A stretch of 64,000 bases of DNA from an uncultured Granulicatella sp. (lineage in GTDB: Bacteria > Bacillota > Bacilli > Lactobacillales > Aerococcaceae), in contig CAUSWE010000005.1 in the NCBI GenBank assembly GCA_963535215.1, positions 3,077 through 67,076 of the forward strand, given 5' to 3'. Within the stretch, counting starts at the first letter, position 1. The number at the start of each line of letters is the position of its first letter. Of this stretch, positions 10,958-22,165 are shown one piece after another. The translations under genes were made by a program, and so were the position numbers. The notes below the pieces were generated by a model. The model did no database searches. It worked only from the letters and a program-made list of their open reading frames with translations, and was not told the origin of the DNA.

Positions 10958-11377
10958 ATGTCAGATTGTATTTTTGATAAAATTATTTCTAAAGAAATTC
11001 CAGCACACATTGTTTATGAAGATGAGGTAGTCATTGCCTTTTTAGACTTAGGACAAGTAACTCCTGGTCATACATTAGTCGTGCCAAAAAAACACGTGAA
11101 AGATATTTTTGAATATGATGAGGAATTAGCTGCAGCCGTATTTAGCAGAATTCCAAAAATCGCTCGTGCTTTAAGAGCTCTGAACCCTGAAGTAAAAGGC
11201 GTAAATATTTTAAACAATAATGGTGAAGTTGCGTTTCAAAGTGTCTTCCACTCTCATATCCATTTAATTCCTCGTTACAAACATGAAGAGGGATTTGGAT
11301 TAAAATGGGAAACTCACGACTATTCTCACGAAGAATTAGCAACTATTGCCCAAAACATTGCCAAACATGTAAAATAA
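10958..11377 (+). CDS. hit: HIT family protein
   Basis: DCIFDKI N-terminus, HSHIHLIPR histidine triad, RBS aggagg. Confidence 0.95.
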   Translation: MSDCIFDKIISKEIPAHIVYEDEVVIAFLDLGQVTPGHTLVVPKKHVKDIFEYDEELAAAVFSRIPKIARALRALNPEVKGVNILNNNGEVAFQSVFHSHIHLIPRYKHEEGFGLKWETHDYSHEELATIAQNIAKHVK

Positions 11378-11410
11378 TCAGCAAAAATATCAAAAACGGA
11401 GAAAAAACTT

Positions 11411-11755
11411 ATGAAAAAATTCGTCAAAGGATTACTTTTTGGGAGTATTGTTGGTGGAACCATTGCCTTACTCACAACAAAACAAAATGGAAAGAAAAAC
11501 CGTGAACAATTATACGACAATATCGTAACTTTATCTGAAGAGATATCTACTGTTAGTACAGGTGTCCCTGTTATTCAGCACGGTGTAAAACAACTACAAT
11601 ATTATGTGATTCCTCAAGTGAAAGAAATTTCTCAAGACATCATTGAAGATGTTCAAAATTTCAAACATATGAGCCAACCTCGTATTAAAAGAATTCAAGC
11701 ACATCTATCATTGTTAAATAAACATATTCAAGAAGCAAAAAAGGTGAACGTATGA
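11411..11755 (+). CDS. YtxH-like protein
   Basis: N-terminal FVKGLLFGSIVGG...LL...GK..R motif followed by a helical region. Conserved next to hit. Confidence 0.75.
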   Translation: MKKFVKGLLFGSIVGGTIALLTTKQNGKKNREQLYDNIVTLSEEISTVSTGVPVIQHGVKQLQYYVIPQVKEISQDIIEDVQNFKHMSQPRIKRIQAHLSLLNKHIQEAKKVNV

Positions 11756-12624
11756 CTCGATTATTTGCCAGTGATATGGATGGAACAATTTTACAAGACC
11801 ATTCTACGATTCATCCAGATAATGTAAAAATGGTTCACTATTTACAAGAAAAAAATATTCCATTTGTCATTTGCTCAGGAAGAGATTTCTACCAAGCTTC
11901 CCTTTGCTTAGAACCTGCAAATATTCAATGCCCCATCATTGGATTAAATGGAGCCGTTATCTATAAAGAAGACGGCACCATTTTAAAAGAAGTCACACTT
12001 TCTCATGAGGATACACGTAAACTTATTCAAGTAATTGAGAAATATCATAACAATTGGGATATGATGACTTCAAAAGGATTATTCTCTTTACACTTCGCAG
12101 AAAAATTTGCAAAAAGAGTGGCTACTTTTAAAGAAAATCATCCAGAGCTTACTCCTGAAGAATTTGAAGCTGAACTTGATAAATTAAAAAAACTTTTTGA
12201 TGCAACAGATGTTTCTAATATCGAGGAAGTTTTAGAGGACCCAACGATCAAAATTTATAAAGTCTTAACTTCCAATTACGAAGCTGAAGATTCATTAATG
12301 GAAATTAAATCTTATGTCGAACAAGAACTTCCTAATCTAGTTGTTACTTCTTCTTTTAAAACAAATATTGAAGTAACTCACAAAGATGCTCAAAAAGGAA
12401 TTGCTCTTCAATACTATGCAAACACTTTAGGGATTTCAATGGATGAAGTTTTTGCAATTGGCGACAATTCAAATGATGTCTCCATGTTAAAAATTGCTGG
12501 ATATAGTGTTTCTATGGGAAATGCGAATCAAGAAGCGATGAATACTGCTACACATCAAACAGATGATAACAAACATGGTGGTGTCGCCAAAGCCATTCAA
12601 AAATGTTTAGATCAACAACAGTAA
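11752..12624 (+). CDS. Cof-type HAD IIB hydrolase
   Basis: DMDGT, SGR, KG, GDNSND motifs. Confidence 0.93.
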   Translation: MTRLFASDMDGTILQDHSTIHPDNVKMVHYLQEKNIPFVICSGRDFYQASLCLEPANIQCPIIGLNGAVIYKEDGTILKEVTLSHEDTRKLIQVIEKYHNNWDMMTSKGLFSLHFAEKFAKRVATFKENHPELTPEEFEAELDKLKKLFDATDVSNIEEVLEDPTIKIYKVLTSNYEAEDSLMEIKSYVEQELPNLVVTSSFKTNIEVTHKDAQKGIALQYYANTLGISMDEVFAIGDNSNDVSMLKIAGYSVSMGNANQEAMNTATHQTDDNKHGGVAKAIQKCLDQQQ

Positions 12625-12693
12625 TACATTACCTCCTTATGGGGGTAATTTTTTTATAAATAGTCCTTTTTAATAGTAAGAGGAGGTGATTTT

Positions 12694-12849
12694 ATGGAAG
12701 CAGATTTTCTTCAACCACTCATTGCTTTAATTAGTAATATGGGATTTCCAATTGCGATGAGTATTTATCTACTTCATCGAATGGAACAAAAACTTGATAC
12801 AATGATTAATCTTTTAAGTGAACTCAATCATCATTTAAAGAAAGATTGA
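12694..12849 (+). CDS. YvrJ-family small protein (51 aa)
   Basis: RBS aggaggtg. MEADFLQPLIALISNMGFPIAMSIYLLHRMEQKLDTMINLLSELNHHLKKD carries the GFPI..SIYLL.R.E.KLD YvrJ motif. Below the ORF-track cutoff. Confidence 0.85.
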   Translation: MEADFLQPLIALISNMGFPIAMSIYLLHRMEQKLDTMINLLSELNHHLKKD

Positions 12850-12866
12850 CTCAACAGCAGTTCTTA

Positions 12867-12883
12867 TGTCATAAAATGTAACA
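12867..12883. promoter_or_regulatory. GlnR box
   Basis: TGTCA-taaaatg-TAACA fits TGTNA-N7-TNACA, upstream of the glutamine ABC genes. Confidence 0.75.
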
Positions 12884-12966
12884 TGACATGAGAACTGTTT
12901 TTTGTTTTTCACATTAAAGTCTAGTAAAATAAACTCACATTAATTTTTAACAACTTGGAGGTCTTT

Positions 12967-14406
12967 ATGAAAATACATACGAACATTAAGAAAAAGAGCT
13001 TCTGGATTAGCTTATTAGGAATTTTATTTTTCCTTCTTTCTAGTCCAATTGAAGCTGCAACAAAAAAATATACCATTGCAACAGACACAACTTTTGCCCC
13101 ATTTGAATTTCAAGATACTTCTGGAAATTATGTTGGAATTGATATGGATTTAATCAAAGCAATCGCAAAAGAGGAAAATTTTGAAATCGAAATTAAAGCT
13201 TTAGGATTTAACGCTGCTATTCAAGCTTTAGAAGCTGGACAAGTAGATGCTGTTATTGCTGGAATGAGTATAACAGATGAAAGAAAACAAAAATTCGACT
13301 TCACAGATTCATACTTTGATAGTGGTATCGGAATGGCAGCAAGTACTTCAAGCAATATTAGCACTTACGAAGAACTTCGCGGTAAAAACGTCGCGGTAAA
13401 AATCGGTACACAAGGGGCAAGTTTCGCTTCTTCTATTCAAGAAAAATACGGATTTACTATTTCAACATTTGAAGATTCAGCAAATATGTATCAAGATGTA
13501 GTCAGTGGAAATAGTGTTGCTGCTTTTGAAGATTATCCAGTTTTAGGTTATGCAATTCGCAGCAATCACTTACCAATGACACTAACTTCTTATAAAGAAC
13601 AAGTTACCCAATATGGAGTTGCCGTCTTAAAAAATCAAAATACTGAATTTATTGAAGCATTTAATCGTGGCTTAGCTACTTTAAAATCTAACGGTGAGTA
13701 CGATAAAATCATTAATAAATACATTGGAACAGATGATTCAACAACTGCTTCTACTGAAGATACAAGCTTGTTTGGATTATTAAAAACAAATGCTTCAACT
13801 CTTTTAAGTGGATTATGGAATACGATTTGGATTACATTTGTTTCACTAGCTATTGCAACTGTTATCGGTGTTCTTTTAGGACTAATGAGAACTAGCCGTA
13901 TTTCTATTTTAGAAACAATTGCAACTCTTTACATTGACTTTATGCGTGGTATTCCACTAATTGTTCTAACATTCTTTATTTATTTTGGAATTCCTCAAGC
14001 CTTTAATATTCGTTTAGATGCAACAGTTGCAGCTATTTCAACTTTAGGATTAAATGCTGCAGCATATATCGCAGAAATAGTTCGTGGTGGTATTAATGCA
14101 ATTGATAAAGGACAAAGCGAAGCAGCCATGAGTTTAGGGTTACCTTATTACAAATCAATGCAAAAAATTATTTTACCGCAAGCAATTCGTTTAATGGTTC
14201 CATCATTTATTAACCAATTTGTGATTACATTGAAAGATACTTCAATTTTATCAATCATAGGACTTGTAGAATTGACACAAACTGGTAAAATAATTATTGC
14301 AAGAAACTTACAATCAAGTTCAATGTGGTTTATTGTTGGTATGATGTACTTAATCGTTATTACTCTATTAACAAAAATTTCAGCACGTTTAGAAAGGAAG
14401 GCATAA
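12967..14406 (+). CDS. glnP: Glutamine ABC transporter, fused substrate-binding/permease protein
   Basis: [12 protein letters not shown] domain plus RGIP/EAA/LKDTS permease domain. GlnR box upstream. Confidence 0.88.
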   Translation: MKIHTNIKKKSFWISLLGILFFLLSSPIEAATKKYTIATDTTFAPFEFQDTSGNYVGIDMDLIKAIAKEENFEIEIKALGFNAAIQALEAGQVDAVIAGMSITDERKQKFDFTDSYFDSGIGMAASTSSNISTYEELRGKNVAVKIGTQGASFASSIQEKYGFTISTFEDSANMYQDVVSGNSVAAFEDYPVLGYAIRSNHLPMTLTSYKEQVTQYGVAVLKNQNTEFIEAFNRGLATLKSNGEYDKIINKYIGTDDSTTASTEDTSLFGLLKTNASTLLSGLWNTIWITFVSLAIATVIGVLLGLMRTSRISILETIATLYIDFMRGIPLIVLTFFIYFGIPQAFNIRLDATVAAISTLGLNAAAYIAEIVRGGINAIDKGQSEAAMSLGLPYYKSMQKIILPQAIRLMVPSFINQFVITLKDTSILSIIGLVELTQTGKIIIARNLQSSSMWFIVGMMYLIVITLLTKISARLERKA

Positions 14407-14407
14407 G

Positions 14408-15139
14408 ATGGCAATTATTGAAGTAAAAGGCCTTAAAAAAAATTACGGTGAATTAGAAGTCTTAAAATCGATTGATTTAGAAATCGAAGAAGGACAAGTA
14501 GTTTGTATTATCGGTCCTTCTGGATCCGGTAAATCAACATTTTTACGTTGCTTAAATCGTCTAGAAAAAACAACAGCAGGAAAAGTTATTGTTGATGGAT
14601 ATGATTTAACTGATAAAAATACAGATTTAAACTTTGTACGTCAAGAAATTGGAATGGTATTCCAACACTTTAATTTATTCCCTCATTTAACAATTAAAGA
14701 GAATATTACATTAGCTCCTGTTGAATTAGGACGTGAAACAAAAGAAGATGCAGACAAACATGCCTTAGAATTATTAGGAATGGTTGGACTTGAAGATAAA
14801 GCAGATGTATATCCAAAAACATTATCTGGTGGTCAAAAACAACGTGTAGCCATTGCTCGTGCTTTAGCAATGAAGCCGAAAATGTTATTATTCGATGAAC
14901 CAACTTCTGCTCTTGACCCTGAAATGGTTGGGGATGTATTAGAAGTAATGCAACAATTAGCAAAAGATGGGATGACTATGGTTGTTGTAACTCACGAAAT
15001 GGGATTTGCCCGTGAAGTAAGTGACCGTGTAATTTTCATGGATGGTGGATATATCGTTGAAGATGGGACACCGGAACAAATCTTCAAAAATCCGCAACAC
15101 AGTCGTACACAAGACTTTTTAAATAAAGTGTTACATTAA
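14408..15139 (+). CDS. glnQ: Glutamine ABC transporter ATP-binding protein
   Basis: [27 protein letters not shown] motifs. Confidence 0.9.
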   Translation: MAIIEVKGLKKNYGELEVLKSIDLEIEEGQVVCIIGPSGSGKSTFLRCLNRLEKTTAGKVIVDGYDLTDKNTDLNFVRQEIGMVFQHFNLFPHLTIKENITLAPVELGRETKEDADKHALELLGMVGLEDKADVYPKTLSGGQKQRVAIARALAMKPKMLLFDEPTSALDPEMVGDVLEVMQQLAKDGMTMVVVTHEMGFAREVSDRVIFMDGGYIVEDGTPEQIFKNPQHSRTQDFLNKVLH

Positions 15140-15148
15140 TAGTAAAAG

Positions 15149-15178
15149 AAGACTTTTGGAAAATCCAAAAGTCTTTTT
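15149..15178 (+). terminator. Intrinsic terminator after glnQ
   Basis: aagacttttgga-aaa-tccaaaagtctt followed by a T-run. Confidence 0.85.
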
Positions 15179-15201
15179 GTTCGATAAAGGAATGGAAAAG
15201 A

Positions 15202-15843
15202 ATGAACGAAAAAGAAATTATTATTAAGATTCAAAGAGAAATGAAAAAATTTTTTACTCAAGAAACAACTGGTCATGATTGGTATCATATTGAGAGAGTA
15301 TGGAAAAATGCCAAAAAACTAGCTACACATTATCCTGAATCCAATCATCTACAGATTGAGTTAGCTGCCCTACTTCATGATCGATATGATTATAAAATTG
15401 TCGAAAATGTAGAAGAAGCTAAGCGGGAAGTGAGAGATTTATTAGTACAACATGGATTAACAGAAGAATTAATTGAAAAAATTCTCTATTCCATTGATGC
15501 AGTTGGGTTTCGTAATGGGAAAAATCCTCTTCAACCTATTTCAATTGAGGATAAAATTGTTCAAGATGCGGATCGACTAGATGCGATTGGTGCTATTGCG
15601 ATTGCTCGTACTTTTGTTTATTCAGGTGCGCACCAACGTCCGATTTATACAGGAGAGCCTCAAGATGTGTTAGAAAAAGCTCATGAGCTTGAAGACACCG
15701 CTATTGGACATTTTTATGAAAAATTATTAACTCTAGCTGATACTTTACATACTCTAGAAGCTCGTGAAATTGCAAAAGGACGACATGAATTTATGAAAGC
15801 ATATTTAACACAATTTTTCGCAGAATGGGAAGGATTAAAGTAA
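15202..15843 (+). CDS. HD-domain phosphohydrolase (YpgQ-like)
   Basis: GHDWYHIERV, LLHD, VQDADRLDAIGA, HFYEKLL motifs. Confidence 0.92.
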   Translation: MNEKEIIIKIQREMKKFFTQETTGHDWYHIERVWKNAKKLATHYPESNHLQIELAALLHDRYDYKIVENVEEAKREVRDLLVQHGLTEELIEKILYSIDAVGFRNGKNPLQPISIEDKIVQDADRLDAIGAIAIARTFVYSGAHQRPIYTGEPQDVLEKAHELEDTAIGHFYEKLLTLADTLHTLEAREIAKGRHEFMKAYLTQFFAEWEGLK

Positions 15844-15856
15844 AACTTTGTTACTC

Positions 15857-16027
15857 GTGGATAGAAAGAAAAAATCATTTTTACTGTTGCGGGACGCCAG
15901 CAGCTTCGCTTTCGCGAATCTCATGGCTAAAATTTGAGCCTTGGTCTCAAATTTTCCCGTAATATAAGCCACTACCCTCGTGGCTTATATTACTGCTACG
16001 GTAAAAATGTTTTTTCTTTCTATTCAC
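15857..16027 (-). repeat. Structured repeat, full copy (inverted orientation)
   Basis: About 30-bp outer stem enclosing three hairpins. Core ggacgccagcagc...catggctaaa...gagccttggtctc on the + strand. Confidence 0.9.
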
Positions 16028-16032
16028 TCTCT

Positions 16033-16300
16033 TTAATGTAAAAAGTGCATGGGACTATACTGTTTCTGTAAAATTTGTTTTATCATTATAGAACCAATTC
16101 TCAAATCTTGAATCTTCTTATCTACAGCAAGGGCAATTACTTTAAGAACAGGTAATCTACATTCTATTGTTTGGTTACTAATAACATCTATTTCAACATT
16201 ATCTATAGCAATTATATAAAAAGCAACAATCTTATCATTTAAAATAAGAAAATGTGTTCTACTCACTGCACTGGAATTATACTCAACAGCACGTCAAAAT
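16033..16300 (-). pseudogene. Decayed GNAT acetyltransferase fragment
   Basis: ...AVEYNSSAVSRTHFLILNDKIVAFY...LPVLKVIALAVDKKIQDLRIGSIMI resembles the GNAT acetyl-CoA-binding motif (LAVD..Q..G.G). In-frame TGA upstream, no good start, truncated by the repeat. Very AT-rich. Confidence 0.55.
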
Positions 16301-16356
16301 ATAAAAAATTTTTTTCTAATAGGATTTATACGGAATAAAGTTAAAAAACTTTACAG

Positions 16357-16522
16357 GTGAATAGAAACAGAAAAATTTTCATAGTAGCAGTAATAAAAGC
16401 CACTGAACTTGTGGCTTTTATTACAAGGAAAAATTGAGACCCTAGGCTCAATTTTTAGCCAAGAGACCCGTAAGGGGCTACTGGCGTCCGGCTACCATGA
16501 AAATTTTTCTGTTTCTATTCGC
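16357..16522 (+). repeat. Structured repeat, full copy
   Basis: Outer stem gtgaatagaaacagaaaaattttcat.../...atgaaaatttttctgtttctattcgc plus three internal hairpins. Confidence 0.9.
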
Positions 16523-16536
16523 TTTTCGTCCGTCCA

Positions 16537-16684
16537 ATGAAATAGACTTTTCCCAGTAGCATGAGTATTATCAGCCGGATTTGGCTGATAATACAGGAAA
16601 CTTCGAGACCTAGGCTCGAAGTTTAGGCATGAAACCGAAGGTTTGCTGCCGTCCTTTGCTACATTCAGAAAAGTCTAATTTCAT
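16537..16684 (+). repeat. Structured repeat, full copy
   Basis: gtattatcagcc/ggctgataatac, cgagacc-ta-ggctcg and ggcatgaaaccgaaggtttgctgccgtcc elements. Ends 5 nt from the rho stop. Confidence 0.9.
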
Positions 16685-16689
16685 GTCTT

Positions 16690-17955
16690 TTACAATAATT
16701 CAATACGCTTTATAAAGTCTTTGTTACTCTTCGTTTCTCTTAATTGCTTCACGATTTGCTCGCTCGTTTCAAGTCCGTCACCCTTCATCGTGTTACGAAC
16801 TTTCCAAACCGCTTCTAAAACATGAGGTTCCAGTAAAATCTCCTCTTTACGAGTACCTGAACGTTTCACATCAATAGCCGGAAACACACGTCTTTCTGCT
16901 AATTCACGAGATAAATGCACTTCCGCATTTCCTGTTCCTTTAAACTCCTCATAAATGACATCATCCATACGGCTTCCTGTTTCAATTAAAGCAGTTGCTA
17001 AAATCGTTAAACTTCCACCATCTTCAATATTTCTTGCAGAGCCAAAAAATCTCTTAGGACGATAAAAAGCAGCTGGATCAATTCCCCCACTTAATGTACG
17101 ACCAGAAGGTGGAATCGTTAAATTATACGCACGAGCTAAACGTGTAATACTATCTAATAAGACAATGACATCACGACCATCTTCTACTAAACGCAATGCA
17201 CGCTCTAACACTAATTCACTCACTTTAATATGATGTTCCGGTGTTTGATCAAAAGTTGAAAATACAACTTCAGCATCCACTGTACGCTCAATATCCGTTA
17301 CTTCTTCCGGTCGTTCATCAATTAATAAAATAATTAATTCTGCTTCAGGATAGTTTGTTGTAATCCCATTTGCAATTTCTTTTAATAAACTTGTTTTACC
17401 AGCCTTCGGAGGCGCTACGATTAAACCACGTTGTCCAAACCCAATTGGACAAATTAAATCCAACATTCTTGAAGCAATTCTACCCGTTGTCGTTTCTAAT
17501 TTGATTTGTTCTTCAGGATACAATGGCGTTAATCCTGGAAAATGATCCCTTTCTTTTGCTTCTTCAGGATCTTTCCCATTTACTGCACCCACTTGCATCA
17601 ACCCGTTAAACTTTTCACCCGTACGTGGAGGACGAGCAGGTCCTGAGACTAAATCTCCATTTCTCAAGGCAAATCTACGAATTTGAGAAGAAGAAATATA
17701 AATATCTTCCTGACTAGTAGAATAGTTAATTGGACGAAGGAAACCAAACCCTTCCGCATTATTAATATCTAATACCCCTTCTACTTGGAAGAATCCCGTT
17801 GCTTCTTCTTGAGCTCTCATAATTGCTAGAGCTAATTCTTTTTTATTCATTTGCCCATAATAAGGAATTTTATAATGCTTCGCAAAAGCATACATTTCTT
17901 TCAAAGTCTTTTGTTGCAAGACTGGTAAAGTTACTGTTTCAATTGTTTCTGACAT
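16690..17955 (-). CDS. rho: Transcription termination factor Rho
   Basis: [33 protein letters not shown] motifs. Confidence 0.97.
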   Translation of the reverse strand: MSETIETVTLPVLQQKTLKEMYAFAKHYKIPYYGQMNKKELALAIMRAQEEATGFFQVEGVLDINNAEGFGFLRPINYSTSQEDIYISSSQIRRFALRNGDLVSGPARPPRTGEKFNGLMQVGAVNGKDPEEAKERDHFPGLTPLYPEEQIKLETTTGRIASRMLDLICPIGFGQRGLIVAPPKAGKTSLLKEIANGITTNYPEAELIILLIDERPEEVTDIERTVDAEVVFSTFDQTPEHHIKVSELVLERALRLVEDGRDVIVLLDSITRLARAYNLTIPPSGRTLSGGIDPAAFYRPKRFFGSARNIEDGGSLTILATALIETGSRMDDVIYEEFKGTGNAEVHLSRELAERRVFPAIDVKRSGTRKEEILLEPHVLEAVWKVRNTMKGDGLETSEQIVKQLRETKSNKDFIKRIELL

Positions 17956-17956
17956 T

Positions 17957-19219
17957 TTAATCCTCTTCAATCATTTGGATATCAGCACCTAATTGCTGTA
18001 AATTTTCAACAATATGAGAATACCCTCTTAAAATATGTTCAATATTACTGATTTTTGTTGTTCCTTTAGCCATTAAACCAGCGATTACTAACGCTGCACC
18101 TGCACGTAAGTCACTAGCAGCAACTTCACATCCCGTTAAAGGAGTTGGACCATTAATTGAAATCACATCATTTTCAACTCGACCTTTAGCTCCCATACGA
18201 TTTAATTCAGGAATATGATTCACACGTTTTGGGTAAATCGTATCGATAATTTTAGCTTCTCCTGTTGCTTTCATTAATAATGGTGTAATCGGTTGTTGTA
18301 AATCTGTCGCAAAACCGGGATAAGGCAATGTTTTAATGCTGACTGCTTTAAGTTCTTTAGATGGGAAAACATGAATATCTTCCTCACCAATGGTCATTTT
18401 AACGCCCATTTCTTCCATTTTTGCTAAAAATCCTTCAATATGTTCGAAGATTACATTTTTTACAGTAACTCCTTCACCCACTGCTGCTGCAATCGATAAA
18501 TACGTTCCTGCTTCAATTCTATCTGGAATAATCGTATGACGGCATCCATGTAATTCTTCCACACCTTCAATACGAATAACGCTTGTACCTGCACCTTTGA
18601 TATTAGCGCCCATTTTATTTAATAGATTCACGACATCAATAATTTCAGGTTCTCTTGCAGCATTTTCAATAATCGTTTTACCTTTTGCACGAACAGCTGC
18701 TAATAAAATATTAATTGTTGCTCCTACAGATACAACGTCCATATAAATACGAGTTCCTGTTAATCCTTGTCCGTTTGTTGATAAATAAATGGCTCCCATT
18801 TCATTACGAACATCCGCTCCTAATGCTTTGAACCCTTTAATATGTTGGTCAATCGGTCTTGGTCCTAAGAAACATCCTCCTGGAAGTCCAACAACTCCTT
18901 CACCAAATTTTGCAAGAGTCGCACCCATAAAATAATACGAAGCTCTCATACTTTGAATTTTTCCACTTGGCATTGGAATGGATAACATATTCGTTGGATC
19001 AATGGTCAATACTCCTTCTTCAAAAGTAGTATGAACATTAAAATCTTTCAAAATTTCAATTAATGCGGCTACATCTTGAATATCTGGAACACCTTCTAAT
19101 ACAACTGGTTCTGATGCTAAAATAGCAGCTGGAATTAAAGCTACTGTACTATTTTTAGCACCGCTAATGGTTACTTCTCCAGTTAGTGGTTTTCCTCCAT
19201 TAATGACTAATTTTCTCAT
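17957..19219 (-). CDS. murA: UDP-N-acetylglucosamine 1-carboxyvinyltransferase (MurA/MurZ)
   Basis: [36 protein letters not shown] motifs. murZ-rho synteny. Confidence 0.95.
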   Translation of the reverse strand: MRKLVINGGKPLTGEVTISGAKNSTVALIPAAILASEPVVLEGVPDIQDVAALIEILKDFNVHTTFEEGVLTIDPTNMLSIPMPSGKIQSMRASYYFMGATLAKFGEGVVGLPGGCFLGPRPIDQHIKGFKALGADVRNEMGAIYLSTNGQGLTGTRIYMDVVSVGATINILLAAVRAKGKTIIENAAREPEIIDVVNLLNKMGANIKGAGTSVIRIEGVEELHGCRHTIIPDRIEAGTYLSIAAAVGEGVTVKNVIFEHIEGFLAKMEEMGVKMTIGEEDIHVFPSKELKAVSIKTLPYPGFATDLQQPITPLLMKATGEAKIIDTIYPKRVNHIPELNRMGAKGRVENDVISINGPTPLTGCEVAASDLRAGAALVIAGLMAKGTTKISNIEHILRGYSHIVENLQQLGADIQMIEED

Positions 19220-19380
19220 TGATTCAAATCCTCTCATAACATCTTCTCTTCCATTATACCATGCCTTTACAAAAAGGCATACTTAAAACTTTCTCGAAAA
19301 TTGTCACCCGTTTATCTATGTTAAGTTGACAATTCCTTCTAATCTTTATACAATTTGAATCAAATAAAGGGGGATTTTTT

Positions 19381-20376
19381 ATGAAAACAAAAGAGGCTGT
19401 TTTACTCTATCTTCAAGAACATACTGGTGAACCAATTTCTGGAGAAATAATGGCACTAGCTTTAAATAAATCACGAACTTCAATCTGGAAAGCTATCCAA
19501 TCTCTAAAAAAAGAAGGCTACTCTATTGAATCTTCTACAAATAAAGGATATACATTATCTGAAAATAATGATGTATTATCTGAGCAACAAATCATCCAAG
19601 AACTGATTCAACAGCATCATCCAATCGATTGGAACATTCAAACTATGGAAAGTACGACTTCAACAAATGATTTGGCAAAAATTTACGCAAATCAGAACTC
19701 CACTACTCCTGCAATCTTTATAAGCGAAGAGCAAACAGCTGGTAGAGGTCGTTTAGGAAGAACATTCATTTCTCCTGCTAAATCAGGATTATATATAAGT
19801 CTCTGTTTATTTCCAACTGTTGCATTAGAAGATTTGTCTCTCATTACTTGTGCCACAGCTGTTGCTTGTATAGAAACGATAGAACAATTAACCGGTAAAT
19901 CTCTAGATATTAAATGGGTAAATGATTTATTTTATCAAGATAAAAAAGTTGGGGGCATTTTGACAGAGGTCATTAGTGATTTTGAGTCTCAACAAGTTCA
20001 AGCACTCATTGTTGGAATAGGAATTAATTTAATTGACTCACCTCAATCATTCCCTGAAGAGTTACACTCAATTGTTGGGAGCGTTTTTTCTTCAAAAGAA
20101 GAATATAATGAATCTTCTTTCAATCGTAATCATTTTATTGCTCAATTTTTAGAAAAATGGACATTTTATTATCAAAATCTTTCTAAGAGAGACTTTATCG
20201 AGTCTTATAAAGAACATTCTAATGTAATTGGAAAATCCATCAAAGTTATCGAAGGAACCCATGTTTATGATGCTATGGCAAAAGATATTGACGAGAATGG
20301 ACATTTAATCATCGAAAAAGAGAATAACACATTACACTCATTATCGTATGGTGAGGTAAGTATTCGTACGAAATAA
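19381..20376 (+). CDS. birA: Biotin-protein ligase/repressor
   Basis: N-terminal HTH, QTAGRGRLGR, KWVND, KKVGGIL motifs. Confidence 0.95.
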   Translation: MKTKEAVLLYLQEHTGEPISGEIMALALNKSRTSIWKAIQSLKKEGYSIESSTNKGYTLSENNDVLSEQQIIQELIQQHHPIDWNIQTMESTTSTNDLAKIYANQNSTTPAIFISEEQTAGRGRLGRTFISPAKSGLYISLCLFPTVALEDLSLITCATAVACIETIEQLTGKSLDIKWVNDLFYQDKKVGGILTEVISDFESQQVQALIVGIGINLIDSPQSFPEELHSIVGSVFSSKEEYNESSFNRNHFIAQFLEKWTFYYQNLSKRDFIESYKEHSNVIGKSIKVIEGTHVYDAMAKDIDENGHLIIEKENNTLHSLSYGEVSIRTK

Positions 20377-20415
20377 TAAATTAATTTATAGGTTTATCAA
20401 TAGTTATATAGAAAA

Positions 20416-20448
20416 TAGAAGTCTCGCAAAAGCGAAACTTCTTTTTTT
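20416..20448 (+). terminator. Terminator between birA and the convergent ABC gene
   Basis: agaagtctcgc-aaaa-gcgaaacttct followed by a T-run. Confidence 0.75.
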
Positions 20449-20471
20449 CAACTTTTCTAAGAGTATCCTCT

Positions 20472-22076
20472 TTAAATTCTATGATTATTCTGTTGATAAT
20501 AATTAGTTTTCTTAAATTCAGAAAGTTCCTTATATACAGTAATTGTTTTATTTTCTACCACAATATACTTAGAATACTTTGAAAGATTTTCTTCATGAAG
20601 AACATGACTTGATATCATCAAGAAATCCGTATGTTTCAATAAATATTTTTCAATAGAACTTGACTGCTTAGTACTTAACCCTTGAAAAGGTTCATCTAAA
20701 AGTAGGCTACTTCCATGACTTAAAATCCTTGCTAAATTAATACGTTTTATTTGCCCGCCTGATAGATTTTTTCCTTGATAGTCAATCATTTTTGGAAATT
20801 TATTATCAATTTCAAAAATATTATTCAAGTCTTCTGAAACTAATTCATTAGAAAATAAAATATTAAAACTTAACGAGTCTTTAAAAATAAAATCTTTTTG
20901 ATAAGCTATATTTAAAATTGAATTTTTAGGTTCAATAATATAATCTCCTTCATCTAAGGGGATGTTCCCTTTTACGAGGTTTAATAAAATACTTTTACCT
21001 GCTCCACTTTCTCCTACCACCAGTACCTTATCTTTATTAGTTAAATCTAGTTGGATATTCTTTAAAATCAGATTTCCTCCAAGTGAAACGTTACCTGACT
21101 TTATTGATATTTTTTCTACAGGCAAATACTTTTGCTGAGACTTAGTGATATCCTTTTGTAACACTTCCTCAACTTTTTCTCTAATAGTTTTTACCGAATT
21201 AAATTGATTATAAATATTAATCGCTAATTTTACGGGTGTGATAATTCTGTTTGAGGCAAAAAATACGGCAATTAAATTTGACAAACTTGTTTGCTGTGAC
21301 ATCACAAAATATCCCCCTATAGCAAGTGGAAAAATATAACATAAAATAGATATACATCCAATTACAAGTATTGATAAAGATTGCATATTATTAAGCATCA
21401 AAAAAGATTTTTCTGTTTCTAATGCTCTTGAAAAAAATCTTTTGATAAAGATAATTTCGGTATGAAATTCTTTAATTTCTTCTGAAGATTCAATAGTTTC
21501 GTTTAGAGTTTCAGTATAGTCTTGATTTAAATTTGACCAATTCTTCGTTCTATCCGCTAAGACTTTTTTAAACAACACTGGTACTATAGATGGAATGAGA
21601 GAAAATGCTAAAAAGATGAATGCTAAAGCAGAATCTATAAAAAAACTATAAACAAAAGCTGTAAAGGCATAAAAAATATACAAATACATATCAAAAAAAG
21701 GAATAATATAATTTGTTTCTAATAATTTTAGATCGTTCATAAAAAAGGAAATGGTTTCTTTTTTTACTTCTGCTTCTGAGTAAGACCTCGAATCTTGCAA
21801 CAAAAAGTTTTGCATAATTTTTTGCTTTATATATAGATTAGCATCAAAAATAAACTGATATTTCATACGGTTGTAAATGTAATTTGACAATAACACTATA
21901 GCATAAATCAGAAGAATACTAATGATTAATTTCATAAAATCTTGAGAATTATCTTGACTAGTTAAGTCAATTAAATTTTTAAACAACGAAGATATTAAAA
22001 CTCCATCTAATGAAGCTAATATCATAATAAAAAATATCAGTAAATATTTAGAAACATTCCATACTTTATAAATCAT
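20472..22076 (-). CDS. ABC exporter (fused TM + ATPase domains), AT-rich, likely acquired
   Basis: 6-TM N-terminal domain; GESGAGKS, LSGGQ, LLLDEP motifs. Confidence 0.88.
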   Translation of the reverse strand: MIYKVWNVSKYLLIFFIMILASLDGVLISSLFKNLIDLTSQDNSQDFMKLIISILLIYAIVLLSNYIYNRMKYQFIFDANLYIKQKIMQNFLLQDSRSYSEAEVKKETISFFMNDLKLLETNYIIPFFDMYLYIFYAFTAFVYSFFIDSALAFIFLAFSLIPSIVPVLFKKVLADRTKNWSNLNQDYTETLNETIESSEEIKEFHTEIIFIKRFFSRALETEKSFLMLNNMQSLSILVIGCISILCYIFPLAIGGYFVMSQQTSLSNLIAVFFASNRIITPVKLAINIYNQFNSVKTIREKVEEVLQKDITKSQQKYLPVEKISIKSGNVSLGGNLILKNIQLDLTNKDKVLVVGESGAGKSILLNLVKGNIPLDEGDYIIEPKNSILNIAYQKDFIFKDSLSFNILFSNELVSEDLNNIFEIDNKFPKMIDYQGKNLSGGQIKRINLARILSHGSSLLLDEPFQGLSTKQSSSIEKYLLKHTDFLMISSHVLHEENLSKYSKYIVVENKTITVYKELSEFKKTNYYQQNNHRI

Positions 22077-22165
22077 GATTACCACCACACACTAAATATA
22101 AATTGTTGCAAGCTAGCTAACTTTTCTATTTTTTACTAACTTTATCATAAGAAACACCCTCTATT

